Below, piece by piece: positions 1 through 12,000 of a stretch of DNA of 38,393 bases; the first letter of the stretch is position 1; each line of letters opens with the position of its first letter. The stretch lies in NCBI GenBank assembly GCA_025357175.1, contig JANXPS010000018.1, positions 1 through 38,393 on the forward strand, written 5' to 3'. Position numbers and translations under genes: made by a program. This stretch comes from Deltaproteobacteria bacterium. GTDB lineage: Bacteria; Desulfobacterota; Deferrimicrobia; Deferrimicrobiales; Deferrimicrobiaceae. The notes under the pieces are model-generated. The model searched no databases, was not told the DNA's origin, and saw only the letters and a program-made list of their open reading frames with translations.

Positions 1-3000
1 CACTCGCGGTCGACCACGTGTCGGCGGGCGCCGAAGTCCGTCTCAAGGGCAAGAGCGGCCTGACCGACGGGCGGGCCGCCGACTCCGACGTCGCCAACGT
101 CACGGGCGGCGACATCATCCTCGAGGGCGGCAGCGGCGGCATAGGCGCACCCGGCGCCGGCAACGCGTTCGACGTCCTCCTCAACGGGACCACCGGCCTG
201 ACGGCGCGGGCGGCCAACGACGTGTACATCACCTCCGAGGGCGACCTCCGGTTGATGGAGATTTATTCCGCGGGCGGCACGATCGACCTGCGCAGCAAAC
301 TGTCGATCCTCGACGCGTACGACGAGGTCACCCAGGCGACGCTCGCCGAAAAGCCGTTCGCGAAGATCACGGGCGCTTCCGCCTACCTCAAGGCCGGCGA
401 CCATATCGGCACTTCAGGCAATGCGATCGAGACCAAGCTCGGGACGATCTCGGCCACGGCCGAAAACGACATCTTCCTGTACGAGATTTCCACGCACGCG
501 ATGTCTGTCGGGACGGTCGAATCGACCGGCGGCGACGTGTCGCTTTCCGCCGACTACGGCATCGAGAAAAAGGCCGGCAGCACGGGGGCCAACGTCATCG
601 GCGACAGCATCGTGCTGTCGAACCTCATGGCCGGTTCCATCGGCGTGGCAGGCGGCAGCCAGGACCTCGTGGTCAAGACGCGCGCCTTGACCGGGGCGGG
701 CGTCCCGACGGAAGACCGGGGCCTCTCGACCCACGCCTTCGGCAACATCTACATCCAGGCGTCGGGCGACCTCTACCTCAACGCCGTGTCCGCCGACAAC
801 GGCGGCGACGCCTACATCTCGGCGCCGACCGGCCGCATCATCAACGGCCGCCTCTCGGGCGGGGCCAACGTCACCTCGGGCCGCACGCGCCTCTTCGCCA
901 ATGGCGACATCGGGGCGGCGGGCAACGCGATCACCTCCGAAGTCAGCGCCCTCGAAGGGCTCTCGATCGCCGGCTCCTTCTTCCTCGCCAACAGCGGCGA
1001 CATGACGATCGGCGGCATCACCGGCGCGGCCAAGGCGATCGACGCGGCCGGCCCGGTCGACATCTCCAACGCCTGCGAAACCTGGGTCGAAGGCGACGTC
1101 GAGTCCGACGGCAACGTCAACATCACCACCGACGACGACTGGCAGCCCGGTGACGAGGAAGCGCGCGACGAGATCATCGTCCGAAGCGGCAAAACCATCC
1201 GCTCCACCGACCTGGTTCACGGCAGCGTCACGCTCAGGGCCGGCGACGGGGTCAAGGTCGAGGCCGGCGGAACCGTCGCCTCGGGCCACATCGTGATCGG
1301 CACCGTGGACGGCGACGGCGACGGCAACGTCATCGAGCTTTACGGAACGCTGACCGCGGGCGACGTTCTCGTCGAGGGCGGCGCCCACAACGACACCATC
1401 GTGATCACCAACACGTCCAGCCCGACGACCGTCAACGCGGGCGGCGGCGACGATACCGTCCACATCGGCAGCCACGCGACGCCGACGACGAATACCGGCG
1501 GGACGACGCAGCGGATCGCGGCCGGACTGACGGTCAACGGCGGCACCGGGAACGATACGGTCGTCGTCGACGACACCGGCTCGAACACGGCGCGCACCCT
1601 CGTACTCACCGACTCCACGATCGACGGAATCTCCCCGGCGACCATCCATTATTCCGGCCTCGAAACGCTCGACATCCACCTCGGGAACCTCGGCAACACG
1701 GCGAAAGTGCGCTCGACGGCGCTCGACGCCACGACGACGATCACGACCGGCGGCGGCTCCGACACGATCTACGTCGGCAGCAGCGACGACGGCGTCAGCA
1801 CGGTCAACGGCCTGGCGGGCCGCCTGATTCTCGACGGGCAGGTCGGCACCGACACGCTCCGCATAGACGACATGGGCGATGACTCCGACAACACGGGCGC
1901 GATGACGCGCGACTCCGTCACCGGCCTTGGCACCGCGGGGATCGACTACACGCGCCTCGAGGCGATGACCGTCGACATGGGCACGGGCGGCGACGATTTC
2001 ACGATTTCCAGCGTGAACGCGGCGACCTCGACCTTCGTCAACGGAAACGCCGGCAACGACATCGTCCGCGTCGGGACGCTGCTGACCGATATCGGCGGCC
2101 CCCTTTACATCCAGGGCGGCGAGGGCGACGACCGGCTGGTGGTCGACAATTCCTCCCAGACGCAGGGACAGGAAGGGACGATGCTGGCCGAGACGCGCGA
2201 AGGGGCCGATCCCGACACGTACCTGCTCTCCGGCTTCGGCCTCTCTCCCGCCGGAATCGATTACCGGGCGTTCGAGAAGTTCGCCCTCAAGCTCGGCACC
2301 GGCGACGACAAGCTGTATGTCGCCACCACGATCCCCGGCGACAACGTCATCGACCTGAACGACGGCAACGACGTCGTCAACATCAACGAGATCGACGGCA
2401 GCGTGGTCCCGACGAAAACCGGCAGCACGACGGTCTTCGGCGGCATCGGGAACGACATCTTCCGGGTGAACTACGACGGCAACGGCAACCAGACGTTCCA
2501 GAACGGTATCCACGGCGAGTTGTCGCTGCACGGCGGCGCCGGCAGCGACCTTTACCAGATCGGCCTCTCCGGCGGCGGCTCCTCGATCATCAACGTCACC
2601 GACCTTGCGCCGTCAAACGACCTCGGCATCAACATCATGGAAGTCTACGGGACGAACCTGCCCGACTACTTCCTGTTCCGCCCGAACACGATCGCGTCGG
2701 TCGAACTGGGCGCCGAACGCCAGCCGCTGCCCGGCGGCGGGATCGAACGGATCAACTACGACCGCAGCCTGAACGGCGGGATCAACGTATACGGCCGCGA
2801 CGGGGACGACACGTTCGTCTTCGACGAAACGAGCGCCCCGTTGACCGTCTACGGCGACGGCGGCAACGACACATTCCAGGTCGGCCAGATGTTCAAGTCG
2901 CAGCGAGACGCAGCGGCGGGCCTGGCACCGGAAGACACCTTCGAAACGATCGCAACCACGCAGGGCTACCTGAGCAACGGCGCCAGCGAGCCGCTCACGC

Positions 3001-6000
3001 TTTACGGCGGCACGGGCGACGATTCTTTCACCGTCTACCACACCGGCGCCGAACTGTTCCTGTTCGGCGAAGCGGGCGACGACACCTTCCGCGTCCACGC
3101 GTTCGTCAAGATCGATCCGAACGACCTGAAGAAGCCGTTTACGAACATCAACGGGGGGCAGGGTTCCGACTTCATCACCTACACGGTCAACGCCCCGGTC
3201 AACATCGACGGCGGCGATGGCTTCGACACGCTCACCATCGTCGGAAGCGAGTTCGGCGACGACTTCGTCATCACCGACAAGGGAATCTACGGCGCCGGCT
3301 TCCCGGTCCGCTATACCGGCCTCGAGAAGATCACCGTCGACGGCATGCAGGGCAACGACACCTTCTTCATCGAGAGCACGCCCGAGAACGTCCAGCTCGA
3401 GATCGTGGGCGGCCTCGGCAGCGACACATTCAACATCGGAGGCAGCAACGGGCAGCCGGTCACCGTGGTCGGGAAGAACATGGACGGCCACAGCGGGCTG
3501 ATCGACAACGACATCAACGCGGCCCTTTCCTCCGCGGATTACGCGAACCTGTTCGTGCCCGACGTTTCCGCGATCATCGCCGACGCCGACAGCGCCGGTG
3601 TGGTCATCCGCCCGGTCGACGACACGACGACGCTCCTCGAGGGCGGCACGACGCTGATGACCTACGCGGTCGTCCTGGCGCGGCAGCCCGAGGAAGACGT
3701 CCGCGTCACCGCCACGCAGAGCAAGCCGAACGAATCCGACGCGAAGGCCGGCGGCAAGGGCGTCCTTCTCAACGGCTGCGCCGACGGCGTCACGCTTCTG
3801 TTCAGCCGAGACAACTGGTACGTCCCGCAGTACGTGACGGTTTCCGCTCCGGCCGACGCGCTGGCCGAAGGCACCAAGTCGTATGTCATCCAGCACACCG
3901 CGGTGCAGGGCGCCGATCCGAACGACGGCGGCGCTTACGACGGCGTCAAGGTGGCATCGCTCAAGACCACCGTGCTCGATGGCGACCAGGCCGGCGTCAT
4001 GGTGACGCAGACGAACGGCGGCACCGCCGTCGCGGAAGGGGCGTCCGACGTCAACGGCACCTCCCGCACCGACACCTACCAGGTGGTGCTGACGCAGAAA
4101 CCGACGGGCACGGTTCACATCGTCCTCACGAACGCCGACGGAAGGCTGCTGCTCGACGGCTCTCCGGCCACCGCGTCAGCAGACGACACGGTCAACCGTT
4201 TCGAACTCACCTTCGACGAGACGAACTGGAACGTTGCCCAGACCGTCGTCGTCGCCTCCGCCGGCCCGGACGGCGTGGTGCAGGGAAACGCCTACTCGCG
4301 CATCACGCAGCGGGTCGACTCGAACGACCTGTCCGCCTTCTATGCGCTGTCCGTCGACAACGTCGCCTCGAACCTCTCCGGGAAACTCGCAGGCGAAGTG
4401 ACGCAGGATTATGCGACCTCCTACGACCCGGCAACCCGCATCCTTTCCGTCACGGGCTCCGGCTTCAGCGCGTCGGCGTCGTTCAAGTATTCCGCCTACG
4501 CCGATCCGTCGGCACTCGAAATCACCGACTCCGCTCCGAGCGGATCGAAGTGGCTCGAAGCCGGCGTCACCCTGTCCGGAACCCCGGAGGCGGGTCAGAG
4601 CTGGTCGCTCGTCCTGAACGGAAAGTCCTACTCGTACAACGTCGAGGAGGGCGACTCGCTCCAGTACGTCGAGCATGTGCTGTCGCTGCAGGCCGGCGTC
4701 CGCGGATACGCGACCTCGTTCGACGGAACCTCGATCTCCATCACGGCGAAGGATGGCTCCGCCTTCTCGGCCTCGCTCAAGATCGACGGCGTCCTAACGC
4801 CAGGGCAGATCGCCGTGGAAGGCACCCGCGCCCTCGGGCGCGTCGACATCCAACTCGGCGATTCTGCGGCGCTCGGAAACGTCTGGACCGTTACGCTCAA
4901 CGGCAAGGCGTACGCCTTCACAGCCGGGGGCAACCGGACGGCCGAGGAGATCGCTCCGCTGGACGTCCTGGTCGCCGACGCCGACACACCGGGCGTCCTG
5001 GTCACGCAGACGGGAGGCAACACGCAGGTGATCGAGCCGACCGACTACTCGGTCATCGGAAGCGGTGCGGTCACATCGGCGATCGACGGATCGCACTTCA
5101 TCGCGGACTTCGGCCAGTCGGTCCTGCAGGAAACCTCATCGCTGCACGACACGATCGACTCCGCGCAGGACCTCGATCTCGGCAAGTGGAGCCTCAACGC
5201 CAATACCGAGATACAGCAGGCCGGAGAGATCCCGCACATCACCCTGCAGGCGGCGGGCGACAACACGCCCGACTACTACAAGTTCACCGTCACCCAGAAG
5301 ATGATCGCCGACGCGACCGACGGAAAAGTATCGGTGATCCTCGACGTCGACCACGGCTACGAAGATGGCGACACGGTCTTCTGGGGGAGCCAGATCACGC
5401 TGTTCGACGCAGCGGGACAGGTGATGACGGATACCTCCCGGACCGTCTCCCCCTTGGACTGGACCGTCAATTCCGATTCGAACGGCCACCCGATCTCGAT
5501 GGGGACCGGCTTCTCCGATCCCGCGACGGCCGGCGCGGGAGGCAGCAGCACCTACCTCGACGACTACCTCGCGTGGGACGTCACATCGGCCGGCACCTAC
5601 ACGGTCAAGGTCGACAACTGGCTCTCCTGGTACACCTACTGGCAGACCGGTTCCACGACCGGCGTCCCCCAAGGCACCGACTACGACCTGCAGGTGTCCG
5701 TCGAGAATCACGGGACCAACAACTTCCGCTTCAGTCCCGACCCGATCTTCGAGGCCGAACCGGTCAACAACGTCTCGCAAAACATCGACGCGACGGGCAA
5801 CTGGTCCACCTTCTACGACCCCAAGGTCGGCAACACCGACTACACGGGCGGCCTCACGGGTTCGAGCACTCCGTACGTCAAGATCATCGGCTCGGGCGAC
5901 GGCAGCAAGGACGTCTACCAGTTCACGGTCACGAGCGACATGCTCAACCCGACGTCGACGGACAACGTCACCGGACCCACGGTGGCCGGCAGCTACTACA

Positions 6001-9000
6001 AGAGCGCCGATCTCGTCTTCCGCGGTGCCGGATCCGTCGGCGACGTGTGGACGCTGACGCTCGACGGCAAGGACTACAGCTACACCGCGACGACCGCCAG
6101 CCTGTCCGAGGTCGTCATCGGACTCGAGGCGACATTGCCGACCGGCACGGCCGGATACGGGCTCTCGACCGGGACGACCGGCGAGACCGGCGACACGCTG
6201 TCCATCAGCCTTGCGAACGGCTTCCGGATCGACGGCCTCAAGCGCGTCGCGGCCGACGCCGGCACCACCTCCCGCCTCGAGACGACCGGGGGCACCGCGT
6301 TCACGCACGCCGATATCGCCCTGGGCGGTACCGTCTCGCCCGGCGGCCGCTGGACGCTCACCGTGGGCGGCAACGTCTACTTCCGCGATATCGGGGCGAC
6401 TGCGGTCGGGCAGGACGTCATCGCTGCGGACATCGTCTCGCAGATCACGGGCGACAGCGGCGCGACCTTCACGGCCTCCGTCGATTCCGTCGACGACCGG
6501 CTGATCCACATCGACGCCAAGGCCGGCAACACGGCCGGCTTCACCGTCGCCTTCATGCAGTCCGGCAGCAGCGCGCAGCTGCTGTCCGGAACCGCGGATA
6601 TCTCCGGCACGCCGGTGCAGTCCACCGCCTCGACGGTCCGCTGGTCGACCGCCGATCTTGTCCTCCAGGGAAGCGCGGTCCAGAACGAGACGTGGCGGGT
6701 GACGCTCGGCCTCATCCAGATCAATTCGGCCATGGTTTCCTCGACGGACACGCTGGACGACGTCGGCGCCGACCTGATGGGAAAGATCAACAGCGACAGC
6801 CGGACGAAGGACGACTACGTCGCGGCGTACTCCGCGGACAGCAAGACGCTGGAAATCAAGCTGAAGGCAGGCGGGTCCGTCAAGAGCTTCACCGCCGCGA
6901 TCGACATCCTGCCCGGCTCCAGGGGCACCATCACCGCAGGCAGCGGCGTCGTGACGCACGGCATCACGCTCACAGGCACGCCGGCGGCGGGGCAGATCTG
7001 GTCGCTGGTGGCCGATGCGGGATCCGCGGGCAAGACGACCGTCACCCAGGTCGTCGACGCGACGCACGATACATTGGGCAAGATCGCGGAGTCGCTGGCC
7101 GGCAAGCTGGTTGCCGCCAACTCCGACTACCGCGCCGTGGACGACAACGGAACCGTCGTGGCCAGCAACGTCAACAACGACGCCTTCACGGTCACCTCCA
7201 CCGTCAACCCGCTCCTCTCCTCCGCCGACGTCTCGACGTCTGTCCGCACGGTTTCATTGACCGGAACGGTCGTCACGGGCGAGAAGTGGACGGTCTCGTT
7301 CGACATCAACGGGACCGCCGATTCGGTCGAGCACCTCGTCGCCGATTCCGCAACCGAAATGCTGGCCGACATCGCCAAGGACCTTTCCGACAAGCTCGTG
7401 GCGAAGGGCTGCACGTCGGTCTCCGTCGGCGGGACGGTTATCGTCGAAGGACTCGCCTCCGGCGACACGGTCACCGCATCCACCACATCGGCGGGCACGG
7501 TGACGGCCGACGATTCCAACGCGAGCGCGCGCACCCTCGATCTGGCCGGTACCCGCACCAAGGACGAAGTCTGGACGATGTCGATCATGTCCGGCGCCAC
7601 CGTCCTCGGGACCGCATCGCATACCGTTGGGGCCAATGGCGAGAGCCTCACGACCATCGCCCTGGATTTGGCGACCCAGCTTTCGGCGGGCGATTACGGG
7701 GCGGTCAGCGACAGCGGTCGCGTCACCGTTGCGGGGCTCGCTTCGGGGAGCGCATTCACCCTGACCTATACGGTAGATGGCGTTGCAGGTTCCGCGACGG
7801 ATTCCGCGGCGACCGTTCACCGCTTCAACATCGGCGGAACGGCGGGGACCGGAGAGACCTTCAGCATCACGGAAGGAACGACGACCAGGACCCACGTTGC
7901 CGCGGACGGCCAGCTGCCGGGCGCCATCGCAACCGACTTTGCCACCAAGCTTACGACCGGCAACTACAAGGCATTCGCGAGCGGCGGTTCGGTCGTCATC
8001 GTCCGGATCGACAGCGGCACATACGGCGCCTCCACGAGCTCGGTGTCGAAGGGCGGGGTCGATACGGTCTCGACGCCCAAGGCGACGGCCTTCACGCTCG
8101 AAGGCACGCCTGCATCCGGGCAGATCTGGTCGGCTTCGATTTCCGGCGGCGGCCCGTCCACGTCGCATCCGTTCGCCACAGGCGATACCGTTCCGAAGAT
8201 CGCCACCGCCCTTGCATCCGGTCTTGTCGGTTCGGGCTACGTCGCCTACGCGACCGGAGACACCGTCACGGTCTGCAAGATCGACGGGAGCTCCTTCACC
8301 GCAACCTTCACGCTTTCCCCCGGCGGATCCGCGGCGACGGTCGCGACGTCGATCATCGCGCTGGGCGGAACGGCCTCGATCGGCGAGACATGGTCCGTGT
8401 CCGTCGATGGCGGCGGGCCGGTCGCTTCCCACATCGTCGCCGCGAACGGAGAGGCGATGTCCGTCATCGCCGCCGATCTCGTCGGCCAGCTGAACGGAAC
8501 CGAAACGGACGGCTACACCGCCGTGTACAAGAACGGGAAGATCGTCGTCTCGAAGGTCGGGGCGGCCTCCCTGACGATTACCAAGCCCCCGGTCCAGTCG
8601 CCTCCCTCCGCCGGCAGCGTGCTCTTCAAGGGCACGCCGAAAACGACCTTCTCCCAGTCCGCGTCGCTGCTCGACGTCGACGGCGTCGCCGACGGAAAGT
8701 GCGCAAGCGACGACCAGTGGACGATCACCGTCGGGGGGCACACGTTCACCTGGCCGGCGACCGTCTCCGGCACCCCGACCGACGCATCGGTCGACCTCGA
8801 CACCGTGGCCGCCGGGCTTGCCGGGCTGCTGAACGGTTCCGCGTACGGCTACACGGCGACCGCGACCAACCACTCCGTCAGCGTTTCGAAGGCCGACGGA
8901 TCCTCCCTGTCGGTCGGCGACGTATCGGTCTCCATCAAGCGCGCAGGGACGACGCCCGTCACCGAATCCGACACGCGCACGCACTACAGCACGGCGCACG

Positions 9001-12000
9001 TGTTCCTCTCCAGCGCAGCCGACGTCGTGCACTCGGGCGACGTCTGGTCGATCGCGGTCAACGGGCGGACGTTCCGTTACACGGTGCCCAACGTCGATCC
9101 GGACCACTACGTCTACAGTTCCGACCTGAACATCAACCTGGTCGCGCAAGGGTTGGCCGACGCGATCAACGCGGCGAACCTCTCCTTCTCCGCGTCGAAC
9201 TCGAGCAACGAGGTCACCATCAACGACCGGGACGGCGTGCTCACCGGGCCTTCCCAGACGATCACGGTCGATACGCGCCGGGGCGACGGCACGGTCCGCA
9301 GCATCTTCGACATCGATTCGGTCACCGAGAACGTCGGGTTCATCGTCGCCGACGGCGGCGTCCACTATTACATCGACCGCCCGACGCTTACGCTGCTCAA
9401 GGACGGCAACCCGACCCCGCTCGCCTACAGCAACGGCTCGACGCTCGTCGACAAGGGGAGCCAGTCGACCGACGACCCGTTCCTCGACTACAAGATCGCC
9501 AGCGCAGGCAGCTACAGCGTCCAGGTCGGCACCGTTCGCCACTATACCGACGGCTTCCGGCCCGATGCCGAACTCGGAGTGGTCGCCCCCGGCATCTCCT
9601 ATCAGCTCGATGTCTCCGTTCCCGAACATGCGTACAACCACGACATCCTGGGCCTCGTGGGCAAGCAGGTGCGCATCACCGGCGGCACGGGCATGGGCGA
9701 GTCGGCCACCATCACGAAGTACGACGCCGAGCGGAAGCAGTTCACGATCGACTCGACCTGGGCCACGCTGCCCGACGACACCAGCATCATCGAGATCGGG
9801 ACGGCCTCCGCGATCCCGCCCGCGGTCGACACCTACAGCGTCGTACTCTCGAGCGCCCCGCAGGGCGACGTCGTCGTCGACGTCGTGCCGCAGGCGACAC
9901 GCACCTACAATTCGGCAAAGGCGTTCGACCCGGCATCCAACTTCGGACAGAGCAACATCGTCCAGGTAAAAGCCGCGACGACGCAGGCGATGTTCCACCT
10001 TTCCGGCACGGCTACGGACGGGCTCGACTGGACGGTGACGCTCAACAGCGGCAGCTACACCGCCACCGGTGCCGACCTCGCGACGGTCGCGGCGAACCTG
10101 GCCGACGAAATCAACAAGGACATCCGCTTCACGGCGACGGTCGGAGAGGACGGCGTCACGCTGTTCGTCACCTCGGACGACCGCTTCTACGCCGGCGCAT
10201 CGCTCGAGGCAGGCCTCCAGGGCAGCGTGACGGTCACGCCGCAGCTGCGCTTCACCGCCGGCAACTGGGGCACCCCCCAGTCCGTCGAGGTGCAGGGCCT
10301 CGCCGACCACCTCGTCGACGGCAGCGACGCCCTGGTCTTCCCCGCGTTCGCAGACCGCGTCAACGCGATCCGGGGGCCGGTCACCATCGACGGCGGCATC
10401 AAGATCAACGCCGAGCGTTCGCTCAACGATCCGTTCCTGCTGCCGGGCGAGACCAACTATCCGAAGGCCGACGGAAGCCTGTCCGGCTTCGGCTTCATCG
10501 ACATCGACGGTGTCCGCTACGCGACGCTCACCGACGCCTCGGCCACGCACGTCGATCCGGGCGTCGGCATCAAGGACGGCTTCGATCCGCGCATGAACGG
10601 CTACCCGTACGCCTTCACGATCCTCTCCGGCCCCGACAAGGGCGCCGTCTACGACGTCAAGCAAGTGCTTCTCGACGGCGACGGCAACCCGACGGGCACG
10701 ATCGTCCTCGACATTGCCTACGACAGCGTCGCGGCCGGTTCGAGGCCGGGTTCCGGCGACAGCTACTTCTACGCGCCGGTCAACCGCAACTTCCTCGTGA
10801 CGGAAACGGACCAGGTCGACACGCTCAACGTCTTCAACGGCAACAGCCCCTCCGACGACACGGGCGTGCTGACCGGCACGCACATCGGCGGACTCGGAAT
10901 GGGTGGCGACACGGTCATCGGCGGAAGCCCCATCCAGGGCGGCATCGATTACCGCAATATCGAGGCGCTGAACATCGACCTCGGCAGCGGAAATGACACG
11001 TTCACGGTCGAGTCCACCCACGCGGGTTCCACCGCCATCAACACCGGCGCAGGAAACGACGTCGTCACCGTCAAGACGATCTCGGGCCACACCACGATCT
11101 CGACCGGCGCCGGAGCCGACGTCGTGAACGTCGGCAGCGACAACGGCATCGTCGACCAGATCGCCGGTCTCCTTGCGGTGAACATGGGCGGCAATTCAGG
11201 CGACAAGCTCGCCGCCGTCAACACGGGCGACAGCGGCGACAACGTCGCGACGGTGACCGGCACCACCATCACCGGCCTCGACATGCCGACGGTCGGCAGC
11301 GTGCAGAGCGTCTACGTCCAGGCTCGCACCGGTTCTTTCGCGTTGTCCGCGGCCGGATACGGGCAGATCATGGTCGAGTACGGCACCTCAGCCTCCGACG
11401 TCCAGGCTGCGCTCAACGACCTGTTCGGAACGGCCGACGACGTCAAGGTCGCCGAGTCGCGGGACGTCCGCTACGGGGAGCTGTGGTCGGTCTCCTACAA
11501 CGTCACCTTCGTCGACTCCCTCGCCGGAACCGCGATTCCGCAACTTGCGTGGGTCGAGGGGCAGGGCGGCCTCACGGGCTATCCCGACTCCTCCGCCTAT
11601 GTACGCGTTTCCACGGCGGTCGATCCGCAGGCGCCGCCGCAGCTGCCGTCGGTCCAGACCGTGACCGTCCATGCGACGGAAGGGACCTTCCGGATCGGCT
11701 TTGCGCTTGATCCCACCGATCCGTCCGCGATCACTTATACCGGCGACATCAAGGCCGGCGCCTCCGGCGACGACGTGCTCAAGGCGCTCTCGGCCGTCCT
11801 CGACCCGAACAACGTCCACCCGGACCGGCCGTACACCAAGAACGTGGCCGTGAGGCAGTTCGGGGACGACTACGTGATCACCTTCCAGGGCGCGCAGCGC
11901 ACCCTGACGATCTCCGGAATCGTAAACGACACGGACGGCTCCGTCACCTGCGCGACGCGGATGAACGGCATCAACTACTACGGCGTGGATACGCTCGACC

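Noticed and set aside
4550-10996. 2148-aa ORF in an alternative + frame inside the giant gene
   Set aside because: The translation is almost pure Arg/Gly/Pro/His/Asp low complexity (RRRHTGRPGHADGRQHAGDR...). It lies wholly within a CDS whose own frame shows clear domain repeats. This is a typical high-GC shadow ORF.
7254-11090. 1278-aa antisense ORF opposite the giant gene. The same applies to 414-2531, 2613-4118, 5136-7067, 11388-11819, 12507-13718 and 13719-14603, all on the minus strand
   Set aside because: These are antisense to a strongly supported CDS. Composition is dominated by Arg/Asp/Val/Gly with no recognisable motifs. Stop-codon-poor antisense frames are expected at this GC content.
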